Part shown: positions 29,951 to 41,519 of the stretch, piece after piece | Layout of the letters: each line of letters starts with the position of its first letter | How positions within the stretch are numbered: the first letter of the stretch is position 1 | Source: Phycisphaerae bacterium | GTDB taxonomy: Bacteria > Planctomycetota > Phycisphaerae > Phycisphaerales > SM1A02 | Assembly (NCBI GenBank): GCA_002716385.1 | Contig: PBAX01000002.1 | Coordinates: forward strand, 68,180-132,179 | Length of the DNA stretch: 64,000 bases | Reading direction: 5' to 3' | Position numbers and translations under genes: made by a program | The notes under the pieces: model-generated | The model's database searches: none | Seen by the model: only the letters and a program-made list of their open reading frames with translations | What the model was told of the DNA's origin: nothing

Positions 29951-31212
29951 AGGCGTCCATTCTGGTCATAGGTGACGAGTTGCTTGGTGGGCGTTGTCGT
30001 GATACGAACTCAGGTTGGCTCTGCAGCAGCTGTGCCTCGTTCGGAATTGAAGTGCTCGAGACGCGTTGCGGTCCAGATGATCCGGGCTGGATTTCACGAG
30101 CGATCTCCGAGATGACCATCGGGTGCGATCTGCTTCTTGTGACGGGAGGGCTGGGGCCGACGCCCGATGATCTGACCCGTGAAGGTCTGTCCGAATTTCT
30201 TTCTGATCCGCTTGTGGTCGATGACGAGGCGGCGTCTTGGATCGAATCCTTCTTCGCAGATGCCGATCTTGAAATGGGGCCGTCGCAATCCAGGTTGACC
30301 ATGCGGCCATCGACAGCCACTTGTTACCGCAACCATGTCGGGACGGCGCCGGCGATTCTCTCCGAGCAAGAAAACACCGCCATCTGGTTGCTTCCGGGGC
30401 CACCGCGTGAGCTTCATGATGCCTGGCAGCGACATGTATCCGAATGGTTGTCCAGACGAGGTGTGTCCGGGCAGTCAGTCAAGCCAGTCACGGTCCGGTG
30501 CTTTGGTCTGATAGAGGCGAGCATGGAGGAACGGCTAGGTTCGCTTGCGTCGCGTTCGAATCGACCGCTGGCCGGAACCAGGATCAGTGGAGGCGAGTTC
30601 CATCTGCATCTTGAACCATGTGGCGCCGACCAGTCGACGATGGACGCCTGTGTCGCGGCGGCTCGTGAAAAACTCAAGCCCTACGATTTCGGTCTGGACT
30701 CCCAGAGCCTGTCTTCGGTGATCGGTGAACTGCTCAGGGCTCGTGGGGAGCGTCTGTCGACTGCCGAATCCTGCACATCGGGCCTCATAAGCAGTGCCAT
30801 GGTGGACATCCCTGGTTCAAGTGAATGGTTCAGTGGCGGCTGGATCGTCTACAGCAACGAGATGAAGCATTCGTGTCTGGGTGTACCGGAGGATCTGCTC
30901 GCTTCGGTGGGAGCGGTCTCTCGCGAAGTCGTCGAGGCGCTCGCGAGGAACGCCATCTTCAATTCCGGTTCACAGTGGTCGATCGCCGTATCGGGCATCG
31001 CCGGGCCGGATGGTGGTACGCCGGAGAAGCCGGTGGGGACCGTCTGGATTGCCTGTCATGGACCCGGCATGGAATGGCAACGTCGATTCAGGTTCCGTGG
31101 AGACCGGGCAACGGTGAGGCAGAGGGCAACTGCGGCTTCATTGCAGTTGCTGCGATGGTGTCTGGATGGGCACGATCCCATGACCCCAATGTCGTGGGAT
31201 GAGCCTTCATGA
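29947..31212 (+). CDS. cinA: CinA family protein (MoCF-binding domain plus NMN deamidase domain)
   Basis: ILVIGDELLGG, LLLVTGGLGPTPDDLT, and the C-terminal LSTAESCTSGL. Confidence 0.85.
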   Translation: MKASILVIGDELLGGRCRDTNSGWLCSSCASFGIEVLETRCGPDDPGWISRAISEMTIGCDLLLVTGGLGPTPDDLTREGLSEFLSDPLVVDDEAASWIESFFADADLEMGPSQSRLTMRPSTATCYRNHVGTAPAILSEQENTAIWLLPGPPRELHDAWQRHVSEWLSRRGVSGQSVKPVTVRCFGLIEASMEERLGSLASRSNRPLAGTRISGGEFHLHLEPCGADQSTMDACVAAAREKLKPYDFGLDSQSLSSVIGELLRARGERLSTAESCTSGLISSAMVDIPGSSEWFSGGWIVYSNEMKHSCLGVPEDLLASVGAVSREVVEALARNAIFNSGSQWSIAVSGIAGPDGGTPEKPVGTVWIACHGPGMEWQRRFRFRGDRATVRQRATAASLQLLRWCLDGHDPMTPMSWDEPS

Positions 31213-31745
31213 ACATCGAGGGGTATGTCGCGGTTGGTTCGAATCTCGGCGATCGCCTCAAGAACATTCTCATGGCTGTCGAGATGCTCGATGATCTTTC
31301 CGGTGTTTCCGTGTTGCATGTCAGCACCTTGCTCGAAAGCGATGCGGTGGGGGATGTCGATCAGCCTGATTTTCTCAATGGTGTCATCAAGGTTCGATCG
31401 GATCTGGATGCGAAGTCGATGTTGGAAAAATTGCTCGCTATCGAACTGGTATTGGGAAGAGATCGATCATCATCTCCGCCTGGCGGTCCAAGGACGATCG
31501 ATCTGGATCTGATTCTCTGGGGCGACCAACTCGTCGACAGTCCGGAGTTGACGCTTCCGCATCCAAGATTCCAGAATCGGGCCTTCGTTCTGGTCCCGAT
31601 GGTGGAGTTGGCACCCGATCTTGTTCATCCCGGCAATGGCAAGAGCATGCGTGATCTCCTGTGGTTGGAAATCCAATCAAATGGGGATCTGGCAAACCGG
31701 TGCCGTCCGGCGGGTCGCGGCCCGCTGGTTCCGCCCGAGTCCTGA
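31209..31745 (+). CDS. folK: 2-amino-4-hydroxy-6-hydroxymethyldihydropteridine diphosphokinase
   Basis: VAVGSNLGDR, PRTIDLDLILWGD, and LPHPRFQNRAFVLVP. Confidence 0.85.
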   Translation: MNIEGYVAVGSNLGDRLKNILMAVEMLDDLSGVSVLHVSTLLESDAVGDVDQPDFLNGVIKVRSDLDAKSMLEKLLAIELVLGRDRSSSPPGGPRTIDLDLILWGDQLVDSPELTLPHPRFQNRAFVLVPMVELAPDLVHPGNGKSMRDLLWLEIQSNGDLANRCRPAGRGPLVPPES

Positions 31746-31799
31746 TTTGTAGACGCTCAATTCGAACCTTTGCCGCTCCGCAAGGTGTATGCTTACGGT

Positions 31800-33083
31800 A
31801 TGAAGACACCAACGAAACGAATCCTGACTACAGCATTTCTACCCCTGCTCTGCCTGTCTGTTCTCACTTCAGATTTGATGGCTCAGCAGGGCCCAGCCAG
31901 CTTCACTCCGATGCCACCGCAGGACCTTCCCGATGTGGATCCTGCAGTCGTTGAGGCGGCAACGGCGTTGCTCGAGGAGGCGCAGAAGGCCTTTCAGGAG
32001 GCGCCTGCCATCACCAGCGTGGTGAAGGTCTTCGTTGAGAGCGGCGAAATGCAGAAAAAGATCGTCATCAATTCGAAGTTCGGTCCGGACGGTCAGGTCT
32101 TCGTGGAGGCGCCGGATTCACTGGTCGTCGCCAAGGACGGCTTCCTGAACGTCGTCAATTACGAGATCTATGACCGGTATCTGCGTGTCCAGATGTCTGG
32201 GAATGTTTCCGATGAGTTCGATTCCATCTACCGAGACCGCTTTGCGGCGGGCTTCGAGGTGTTGATGCGTGATGGGGAGCCGATTCCCGTCTGGCTTGAG
32301 GCGATCATGATGCGGTCTGTGGGTGTGCCTGCCATCTCGGGTCTTGAGGAAGTCAAGGATGAATCGGGACGAGCCCTCAAACGGATCTCCGTTCGTGGAA
32401 CCATGGGCAGTGGCCACCTTGATTACGACCCCGAGTCAAAGAAGATCCTGCATGTGAGCTCGAAGATGTATTCGCTCGAGGGCATTGAAGGTTTCCAGTG
32501 GGACATGAACCTCAACATCAATGCGACCTATCTTCCGAAATTGCCCGAGCCGATCGTGTTCGATCCGGGCAAGCGTCTGGGGGTCTCCTCCCTGAAGGAG
32601 GTCAATCCGGTCACCAGGAACGAGCTTGTGGTCGGTTCCCCGGCTCCATTCCTAACGGGCAAGAGGTTGGACGGTTCGGATGTGACGCTTTCCGGACTGA
32701 AGGGCAAGACCGTCGTCCTCGATTTCTGGGCGACCTGGTGCGCACCATGCAAGCGTGGTTTGCCCAAGGTCAACGAACTCTATCTCGAAAACGGATCGAA
32801 TGATGGGGATGTCGTCGTGTATGCGGTCAGCATCATGGAGACGCCTTTGAAAGCCGAGGACAAAATCGAGAAAGTAGATGAGTACTGGAAGAAGCAGGAC
32901 TTCTCCCTGCCGACGCTTGTCTGCACGGATGACGAGATCCCACGGAAGTGGGGGATCACGAGCATCCCTAAGCTTGTGATCATCGATTCGGAAGGTGTTG
33001 TCGCCGAGTCGATCAATGGTTATCACGAGGATCTCAAGAAGAGGATTCAGTCGAAGATTGATTCGCTGGAGTCTTCTGAGTGA
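31800..33083 (+). CDS. TlpA-like thiol-disulfide oxidoreductase with large N-terminal domain
   Basis: Signal peptide, an uncharacterised domain of about 270 aa, then VVLDFWATWCAPCKRGLP (thioredoxin CxxC). Confidence 0.7.
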   Translation: MKTPTKRILTTAFLPLLCLSVLTSDLMAQQGPASFTPMPPQDLPDVDPAVVEAATALLEEAQKAFQEAPAITSVVKVFVESGEMQKKIVINSKFGPDGQVFVEAPDSLVVAKDGFLNVVNYEIYDRYLRVQMSGNVSDEFDSIYRDRFAAGFEVLMRDGEPIPVWLEAIMMRSVGVPAISGLEEVKDESGRALKRISVRGTMGSGHLDYDPESKKILHVSSKMYSLEGIEGFQWDMNLNINATYLPKLPEPIVFDPGKRLGVSSLKEVNPVTRNELVVGSPAPFLTGKRLDGSDVTLSGLKGKTVVLDFWATWCAPCKRGLPKVNELYLENGSNDGDVVVYAVSIMETPLKAEDKIEKVDEYWKKQDFSLPTLVCTDDEIPRKWGITSIPKLVIIDSEGVVAESINGYHEDLKKRIQSKIDSLESSE

Positions 33084-34285
33084 CGATCTGGGCCATTTTC
33101 CTGTTCTTGAACATCCTCAGTGCCTGGTCGGTTTCGTTGTTAGATGTTCCATCTGAAGGTGGCGGAGTCGTCGACTATTCCTGGATTGCGGAGGCGATCG
33201 AATCCGACGAGCCACTCAGGATAGTCGGTGTCGCCACACTGGAACTCGCTCCACTCGAACAGTCCGCCGAGATCATTCGAGAGGAACCATTCACGGTCAC
33301 CATCGATCTGCTGAAAGATCGTCGATGCATCTATAGAGTCGAGGGCTACGATTTCCATATCGATGAATCGGAGATCATCGCCACCAGGCGTGGTGTCGAT
33401 GACGCCTATGTCCGTGTTCCTGTCCGTGGTGGGCCCGCCGAGTGCATGCGTCGACTGCTGGGCGCCGAGTGGTATCCGATGCTGCATTTCATCTATCCGG
33501 ACTGTTCCACGCAGGAAGACGGCGGTTTCTTTCGCAAGCTGCTTTGTGCCGGGCAATCGTCGCCAGTCAGTGATGCAGAATCCAGATCGGCGGGAATGAT
33601 CTGGCGTTCCGGCACGACCGTCTTCACGCTTGATGTCGATCCCGAGACCGGGAGGCCCACGACAGCAACGCTTGTTCGCTATGAAGGAGAGGATATTCCC
33701 GAAGGAACACGTCTGATCGTCACCTGGAAATGGGACTATCAGCAGATTCCCGAGGATGCCGACCACTGGTTCCAGAGAGGCAATCGTTTTCGTGTGGATA
33801 GAATCAGTTCATTGAGAAAACTAGATGAGGGCTCGATTCCCATGGTCGGTCGTCCGGCACCGTCGCTGAAACTGCCGGATCTTGCTGGTGAGATCGTCGA
33901 TCTGGCCAATCTGCGTGGTCGAGTACTCGTGATCGATTTCTGGGCGACATGGTGTGGTCCCTGCAGGCAGGCCTTGCCGAAACTGCAGTCACTTGCTGAC
34001 GAAATGTCCGATTCCCCGGTCACGATACTGGCCGTTAACTGTTACGAACAGAAGAAGGGTGAGGCGATGGAGGAAGCGGTGAAGTCCGTCGTGAAATCGC
34101 TTTCCCTGAAGCTGCCTGTTCTGCTCGATGTGGACGGGGCAGCGGCTCGCAGCTGGGGTGTCAAGGGACTGCCTTCGACCTTCGTCGTTGATGAGAAGGG
34201 CCAAATCGTATCAGTGCATGTCGGCGCCGGTCCTGAGTATCTGCAGGACATACGTGACGACGTGATCGAGGCGATCGGGGATTGA
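33080..34285 (+). CDS. TlpA-like thiol-disulfide oxidoreductase with large N-terminal domain (tandem paralogue)
   Basis: VLVIDFWATWCGPCRQALP and GLPSTFVVD. GTG start overlaps the upstream stop. Confidence 0.7.
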   Translation: MTIWAIFLFLNILSAWSVSLLDVPSEGGGVVDYSWIAEAIESDEPLRIVGVATLELAPLEQSAEIIREEPFTVTIDLLKDRRCIYRVEGYDFHIDESEIIATRRGVDDAYVRVPVRGGPAECMRRLLGAEWYPMLHFIYPDCSTQEDGGFFRKLLCAGQSSPVSDAESRSAGMIWRSGTTVFTLDVDPETGRPTTATLVRYEGEDIPEGTRLIVTWKWDYQQIPEDADHWFQRGNRFRVDRISSLRKLDEGSIPMVGRPAPSLKLPDLAGEIVDLANLRGRVLVIDFWATWCGPCRQALPKLQSLADEMSDSPVTILAVNCYEQKKGEAMEEAVKSVVKSLSLKLPVLLDVDGAAARSWGVKGLPSTFVVDEKGQIVSVHVGAGPEYLQDIRDDVIEAIGD

Positions 34286-35818
34286 TCAGCGAGTCGAAGT
34301 GGCGGCCGTCTTCGTGGAGGCGGTCAGGTCGGCTGCGATCGCCTCGACGATCTGTTCCTGGAGTCGCTTGCAGTTGCGGACCTTGGCCAGATCATTGCCC
34401 ATGATGCTGAAGGCGACGGATCGCCAATCTGGTGCGATGACAAGCCCGCTGAGTGCACTGACACGATTGATGTATCCGCTCTTCGCGACCACGATGCAGC
34501 CGTGCAGATTGCTGGATCCGAATCGTCGTTCGAGTGTTCCCGAGCCCGGGGAGGGAAGGGCGTCCCTGAAGGCGATGCTCTTGGGGCTGTCGTCGGCAAA
34601 GCTGCCCAGCCAGAGCGTCATCACGCTCGGTGGGATCTGGTTGAGTCGACTCATTCCCGAGCCATCCGAGACGACCACCTTGTCCTTGTCGACGCCTGTT
34701 CGCAACTGGATGGCCTCTTCCAGAGCCTGACTTCCGTTGCTCCATGTTCCAGGTCGGTTCGTGCGACGATTTCCCAGATGCTTTAGCAGTGCTTCCGCAT
34801 AGAGGTTCTTGGACTCGTGGTTGCATTCCAGAAGGACGGTGTGAAGTGGTGTGACGACGTCGAAGAGAACCGTGCCGTCGTCGAATCGTTCGGATTCGGT
34901 GGCATATCGAACGGTGCCCACCTTGATCCCGTATCTTTCAAGTCGATCCGCAATCAGTCTCCCGGTGAACATGGCCGGCTCATGAATGGTCACCTCGACT
35001 GGTGAGACCTGTTGCTTCCCGACGGTTCCGTTGACCACGATCTGCTCCGTCAGAACACGGCGATGGGGGTCGATGTTGTTCTTGGATGCGGACTTTCCAG
35101 AAGCGACGCTCATGTTGTTCTTGATTGGAAGGAAAGTCGAGCGAGGCGATTCGCCGACCACGACACGGCGTCTGGTGGAATCGGGAGCGGGACGCAGGGC
35201 GAGGATGTTTCGATGGAAGTTGAGTCCGGATACTTCCGCGCAGTAGTGCCTCTGCGACTGATTGGTCGGCCACGAGGGATGAAACAGGTCCCGGTCGAAG
35301 ATCCGATCGTCGATGATGAGTTCATCCAGACGAGTGACTCCGGCATCGGCAATCGCGTTCGTCCAGAGCTGGAGAATGCTTTCGATGTCGATGGGCTTAC
35401 CGTCCTCATCGGACATTCGCATGAGCAGATCGGGGTCCCCCAAAGCAGGATCTCCCTGGCCGACGATGATCAGGCGATTGTCCTCGAGGAGGAGTCTGGT
35501 CCTGAATTGATGGTCCAGCGGGAAGGTGTCCAGTGCCGCTCCAGTGCTGAGCAGTTTCATGTTGCTGGCGGGAATGCGAGGCTTGTCGGCGGCGATATCA
35601 ATGATCTGTCTGCCGGTGCTGGTATCTCGAATCGAGATTCCCAGCTTGGATCTGGGAATCTGAGATCGGCTGATGGCCTTGTTGATATCGTCGTTCAGGC
35701 TCCCGGCAACCGCCTGGGAGGCGATACAGAGCGTGCCTGCCATCACGAGCATCAGGCCTGCCAGCGGTTTCTGGCGGGTTTCACGGAGGCAGGATGGGCG
35801 GGGTCTCATCACAATCAT
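34286..35818 (-). CDS. dacB: D-alanyl-D-alanine carboxypeptidase/endopeptidase (PBP4, peptidase S13)
   Basis: SxxK (PASNMKLL), SDGSGMS and KSGY motifs, plus an N-terminal signal. Confidence 0.8.
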   Translation of the reverse strand: MIVMRPRPSCLRETRQKPLAGLMLVMAGTLCIASQAVAGSLNDDINKAISRSQIPRSKLGISIRDTSTGRQIIDIAADKPRIPASNMKLLSTGAALDTFPLDHQFRTRLLLEDNRLIIVGQGDPALGDPDLLMRMSDEDGKPIDIESILQLWTNAIADAGVTRLDELIIDDRIFDRDLFHPSWPTNQSQRHYCAEVSGLNFHRNILALRPAPDSTRRRVVVGESPRSTFLPIKNNMSVASGKSASKNNIDPHRRVLTEQIVVNGTVGKQQVSPVEVTIHEPAMFTGRLIADRLERYGIKVGTVRYATESERFDDGTVLFDVVTPLHTVLLECNHESKNLYAEALLKHLGNRRTNRPGTWSNGSQALEEAIQLRTGVDKDKVVVSDGSGMSRLNQIPPSVMTLWLGSFADDSPKSIAFRDALPSPGSGTLERRFGSSNLHGCIVVAKSGYINRVSALSGLVIAPDWRSVAFSIMGNDLAKVRNCKRLQEQIVEAIAADLTASTKTAATSTR

Positions 35819-35831
35819 GCTACTTCGTTAG

Positions 35832-37847
<2,016 letters not shown>

Positions 37848-37883
37848 ACGGATGGCCGCCTGCGGCTACCATGAGTCGCATCT

Positions 37884-38366
37884 ATGGGACAGGTTGCTCT
37901 TGGATTTCGAAGTCTGCTCGTCCGTGCCGCGGTGTTCTTCATCATGGCGGCACTGTTGGCGTGGGCGCTTGGGGGCACACTCTGGCCTCGGGCGGTCGGG
38001 GTCTTCGTGGATGCGGCTGCCTTTCAAGGCGAATCGTGGGCATGGAGAGCCGAGGTTGATGAATCTCCAAAGCCTTCCGGCAAACCCAGCAGGCCACCAT
38101 TGGCATTCCAGCTCTGGTTTCGAATCAAGGGCAGCGATGTCTATGAACGGTTCGAGCCATTTGCCGCAGTTGGCACGTTCACGGACAGGCTGCCGCTGAT
38201 CGTCGCTGGCGATGAGCTGATCGTCGCTGGATATCACTACAACCAGGAACAATGGCAGATGTACCGGATCAATGCTCGCAAGGATCTGGGTGAGCCGGTC
38301 TCCTATCCAGATCGTCTGGCGATCGTCGAGGCCTGGTCAGGCCTTGCGGATTCGAAGAGCCCCTGA
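37884..38366 (+). CDS. hypothetical membrane-anchored protein
   Basis: 160-aa ORF with one N-terminal TM (VFFIMAALLAWALGG). No recognised motif. Confidence 0.35.
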   Translation: MGQVALGFRSLLVRAAVFFIMAALLAWALGGTLWPRAVGVFVDAAAFQGESWAWRAEVDESPKPSGKPSRPPLAFQLWFRIKGSDVYERFEPFAAVGTFTDRLPLIVAGDELIVAGYHYNQEQWQMYRINARKDLGEPVSYPDRLAIVEAWSGLADSKSP

Positions 38367-38368
38367 CA

Positions 38369-39247
38369 TCAGGAAGCGCCAGCGGGTTCCAGAGTGATCA
38401 CGCCTGTCATGAGCAGAGCCGCCAGCAGGATGGTCAGCCCGATTCTGTACCAACCGAACACGGCCAACCCATGCTTGTTGAGATAGCTCACCAGCCACTT
38501 GACGGCGATGGCCGCGGCGATCGTCGCCACGATGATTCCAACAAGGACATTGAGCCAGCCCAACTCGACGAACAGATTTGGCTGATCCGATGTGACGTTC
38601 TTGAGGAGTTTGTAGACGCAGGCGCCGCCAAGCGTCGGAAGCCCCAGGAGAAAGCTGAACTCGGCTGCTCGAGCAGGTCTCAGTCCAACCAGCATGGCGG
38701 CCACGATCGTGATCATGGATCGGCTGACGCCGGGCCACATCGCCAGCAACTGCATGCTGCCGATGAACAGGGCGGCGGCAGGTGCCAGATCGGCGAGATC
38801 CATGCCGGGTGAATCAGCCGACTCCCTTGATTGCAGTGACTTGGGTCCACGGCCGATCCAGATCATCAAGATCCCGCCGGCACCCAGGGCAATCAGGACG
38901 GGAATCGCATGAAAGAGATGCTGCTCGATCCAATCATCAAGCAGGACTCCCAGAACCGCGGCTGGGGCGAAGGCGATGCAGATGTTGATCAGCAGCTTCA
39001 GTCCCTGTTGGTCCTTGCCGAAGAGGCCCTTGATCATGGAGGCGACTCTGTTTCGGTAGAGCCCCAGAACGGCAAGAATCGCGCCGCCCTGGATGATGAT
39101 CATGAGTGCATTGACGGATCGGGCCGATTCCCCCTGATCCAGCCCGAGCAGCGAACTGGCAAGCACCAGATGGCCTGTTGAGCTGACAGGAAGGTATTCG
39201 GTGATACCTTCGACGATTCCGAGGATTATGGCGTCCAGAATGGTCAT
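38369..39247 (-). CDS. uppP: undecaprenyl-diphosphate phosphatase
   Basis: GIVEGITEYLPVSSTGHL (BacA motif) and SRSMITI-type second motif (PGVSRSMITIVA). Start trimmed to MTILDAI by arithmetic from the track ORF. Confidence 0.85.
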   Translation of the reverse strand: MTILDAIILGIVEGITEYLPVSSTGHLVLASSLLGLDQGESARSVNALMIIIQGGAILAVLGLYRNRVASMIKGLFGKDQQGLKLLINICIAFAPAAVLGVLLDDWIEQHLFHAIPVLIALGAGGILMIWIGRGPKSLQSRESADSPGMDLADLAPAAALFIGSMQLLAMWPGVSRSMITIVAAMLVGLRPARAAEFSFLLGLPTLGGACVYKLLKNVTSDQPNLFVELGWLNVLVGIIVATIAAAIAVKWLVSYLNKHGLAVFGWYRIGLTILLAALLMTGVITLEPAGAS

Positions 39248-39291
39248 CGTTGAGGCCGTGTTCGCTCCATGTGTGGCTATGATAGGACCAG

Positions 39292-39789
39292 ATGGCCACT
39301 TGGAACTCCACATCGACGTTTGAGCCAAGTCAGCACGATCTTTCCTCGGTGAATACGGTGGAACAGACGCGTGAGCTGATCAGGTCGGCAGGCCTGAGGT
39401 GTACTCGCCAGAGGGTGGCTATCTATGAACATCTAAGGCGAAGTTCGCATCCCACCGCCGAGGCGATTCATGGTCGAGTGATTCGTGAGCAGCCCGTCAG
39501 CCTCGCGACCGTCTACAACACCTTGGACATCTTCACCAAGGCCGGTCTGATTCTTCAGCTTCCATCCCGATCGGGAACCAGTCGGTACTGTGCCGGGCAG
39601 GCGTCCCACATGCACCTTCAGATCGACGATACGGGGGAGCTCGAGGATGTCCCTCCAGAACTGGGCGAGCGGATCATCGATGCCATGCCCAATGAGATTC
39701 TTTCCGAAATCGAGTCGAGAATGGGCGTGAAGATCAGGGGTATCGACATTCAATTCACCGGTTCGCGTGATTCGGGCGAATCTTCCTGA
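39292..39789 (+). CDS. Fur family transcriptional regulator (no CxxC pairs)
   Basis: RCTRQRVAIYEHL...PTAEAIH...VSLATVYNTLDIFTKAGLI winged-helix region, and HMHLQ in place of the HHDH...CxxC region. Confidence 0.7.
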   Translation: MATWNSTSTFEPSQHDLSSVNTVEQTRELIRSAGLRCTRQRVAIYEHLRRSSHPTAEAIHGRVIREQPVSLATVYNTLDIFTKAGLILQLPSRSGTSRYCAGQASHMHLQIDDTGELEDVPPELGERIIDAMPNEILSEIESRMGVKIRGIDIQFTGSRDSGESS

Positions 39790-39811
39790 CCATGTTTTTC
39801 TCGAGGACTCC

Positions 39812-40342
39812 ATGAAGCCCATTCATGTCGTTCTGACAGGGCCCAGAGCCGTCGGCAAGTCGACCATCGGTCGATCGGTGGCCAGGCAGCTCGACTTGGA
39901 TTTCATCGATCTGGACGAGGCGGTTCTGGACCGCTTCGAACAGCCGACTGTTTCCGAGGTCTGGAAAACGCATGGTGAAAGCGTCTGGAGAGACATGGAG
40001 TGCAGTGTTCTGCACGAGCTGCTTGACGCGTCTCCGGTGGTGCTGGCGCTTGGTGGTGGTGTGCCGACGATTCCTCCTGCAGCCGGGGATCTCAACAGAG
40101 CAAGGCGAGCGGGTGCCGCGGTGGTCATCTGGCTGCAGGCTGATCCCGTGGAACTGGCGTCACGACTCGAGGCTTCCCCCGGAGATCGGCCCAGCCTGAC
40201 CGGGAAGACGCCAGCGGAGGAAATCGCGGAGGTATGTCGTGCCAGAGCCTCGAGCTACGAGGCTGTGAGCGACCTCGTGATCGACGTTGGTTCAATGGAT
40301 CCGAAGCAGGCCATGACGGCCGTGCTTGATGCGATCAACTGA
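39812..40342 (+). CDS. aroK: shikimate kinase
   Basis: Walker A LTGPRAVGKSTIGR, FIDLD, and LALGGG. Confidence 0.8.
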   Translation: MKPIHVVLTGPRAVGKSTIGRSVARQLDLDFIDLDEAVLDRFEQPTVSEVWKTHGESVWRDMECSVLHELLDASPVVLALGGGVPTIPPAAGDLNRARRAGAAVVIWLQADPVELASRLEASPGDRPSLTGKTPAEEIAEVCRARASSYEAVSDLVIDVGSMDPKQAMTAVLDAIN

Positions 40343-40395
40343 CAGCAGCCATCGTCCGAATGGCGGTTTCTGTGGAGATTTCAGGCAGTGGGGGA

Positions 40396-40533
40396 TCAGG
40401 AACTCGGCGTGAGGCGGCGGCCAACTCGTCGCTTGCGGTTGATCATCTTGCGACCATTCTTGGTCTTCATCCTCGCGCGAAAACCGAACATGCGGGCACG
40501 CTTGATCTTGCTTGTTCGTCTTGGGTAATGCAT
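40396..40533 (-). CDS. rpmH: 50S ribosomal protein L34
   Basis: MHYPRRTSKIKRARMFGFRARMKTKNGRKMINRKRRVGRRLT aligns residue for residue with the L34 consensus (…GFRARM.TKNGR…). Confidence 0.85.
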   Translation of the reverse strand: MHYPRRTSKIKRARMFGFRARMKTKNGRKMINRKRRVGRRLTPSS

Positions 40534-40780
40534 CGCCATGGCGAGAAGTCTCCGTGCCCTGTTGCATCCGCTTGAAGTGGACGGTTTCATCCCGGGTCTT
40601 CGTGATCCGGATCGAGCATCCTAGCATCTCCAGAAGCTCAGGCCAAGGTGTTTGATCCAAGTGTTGGGTGAATCCGGGATTCCATATATAGTGGAGGGCT
40701 GGAGGCCCATTCTGAGGGCTTGTTACGGGGTTATCAGGGCTGAGAGGCAGATTCTGCCGCCGATTACCGGGACTGGGTCG

Positions 40781-41518
40781 ATGACTGATTCGATGATGGA
40801 CATTGCTGAGAGAGTGGTTGGCCATCGGTTTTCGGATCCGGAGCTTCTGCATCGGGCGTTGACCCATGCTTCGCTCACCGATGATCGTCTCCAGAGCAAT
40901 GAACGTCTCGAGTTTCTCGGCGATGCCGTTCTTGGAATGGTGGTCTGCGAATACCTCCATGATCGTTTTCCAGATCTGCTGGAGGGCGAGATGACCAAGG
41001 TCAAATCGACGGTCGTCAGCAGGCAGGCCTGCGCCGAGATGGCGTCCGCCATGGGACTGGACGAGCTTCTGATGCTTGGAAAGGGAATGGCCAGTAGGGG
41101 CCAGCTCCCGACGTCGGTGGTCGCGGCGGTCTACGAGGCGATTCTCGGTGCGGTCTATATCGATGCCGGACTCGATGCCGTGAGAACACTGATTCTCAGG
41201 GATATAGAGGATCGCATTCACCATGCGGCGGCATCGGGCCATCACTCCAACTTCAAATCGGTGCTCCAGCAGATCGCCCAGCAGATCTTCAGCCAGACGC
41301 CCTCCTACTCGTTGCTTGATGAGCAGGGGCCTGATCACGCCAAGTGTTTCGAGATCGCCGTCACGATCGGCACGAGACGTTTCGAATCCTGCTGGGGAGC
41401 CAGCAAGAAAAGTGCCGAGCAGGAGGCTGCATTGAACGCCTTGATGGAACTGGGCTATGCCCAGCGGCACGATTCAGGTGAAGTACACGTGAATCTGTCT
41501 GGAGGCGAGGAGGACTGA
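40781..41518 (+). CDS. rnc: ribonuclease III
   Basis: Signature NERLEFLGDAVL, second catalytic region AAVYEAILGAVY, and a C-terminal dsRBD (GPDHAKCFEIAV...GASKKSAEQEAA). Start trimmed to MTDSMMD. Confidence 0.9.
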   Translation: MTDSMMDIAERVVGHRFSDPELLHRALTHASLTDDRLQSNERLEFLGDAVLGMVVCEYLHDRFPDLLEGEMTKVKSTVVSRQACAEMASAMGLDELLMLGKGMASRGQLPTSVVAAVYEAILGAVYIDAGLDAVRTLILRDIEDRIHHAAASGHHSNFKSVLQQIAQQIFSQTPSYSLLDEQGPDHAKCFEIAVTIGTRRFESCWGASKKSAEQEAALNALMELGYAQRHDSGEVHVNLSGGEED

Positions 41519-41519
41519 T

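Noticed and set aside
40292-41470. 392-aa minus-strand ORF, one of the longest in the track
   Set aside because: It lies antisense to rnc, which has clear RNase III motifs, and overlaps rpmH in another frame. Its Arg/Gly/Pro/His-rich composition is typical of spurious antisense frames in high-GC DNA. No motif recognised.
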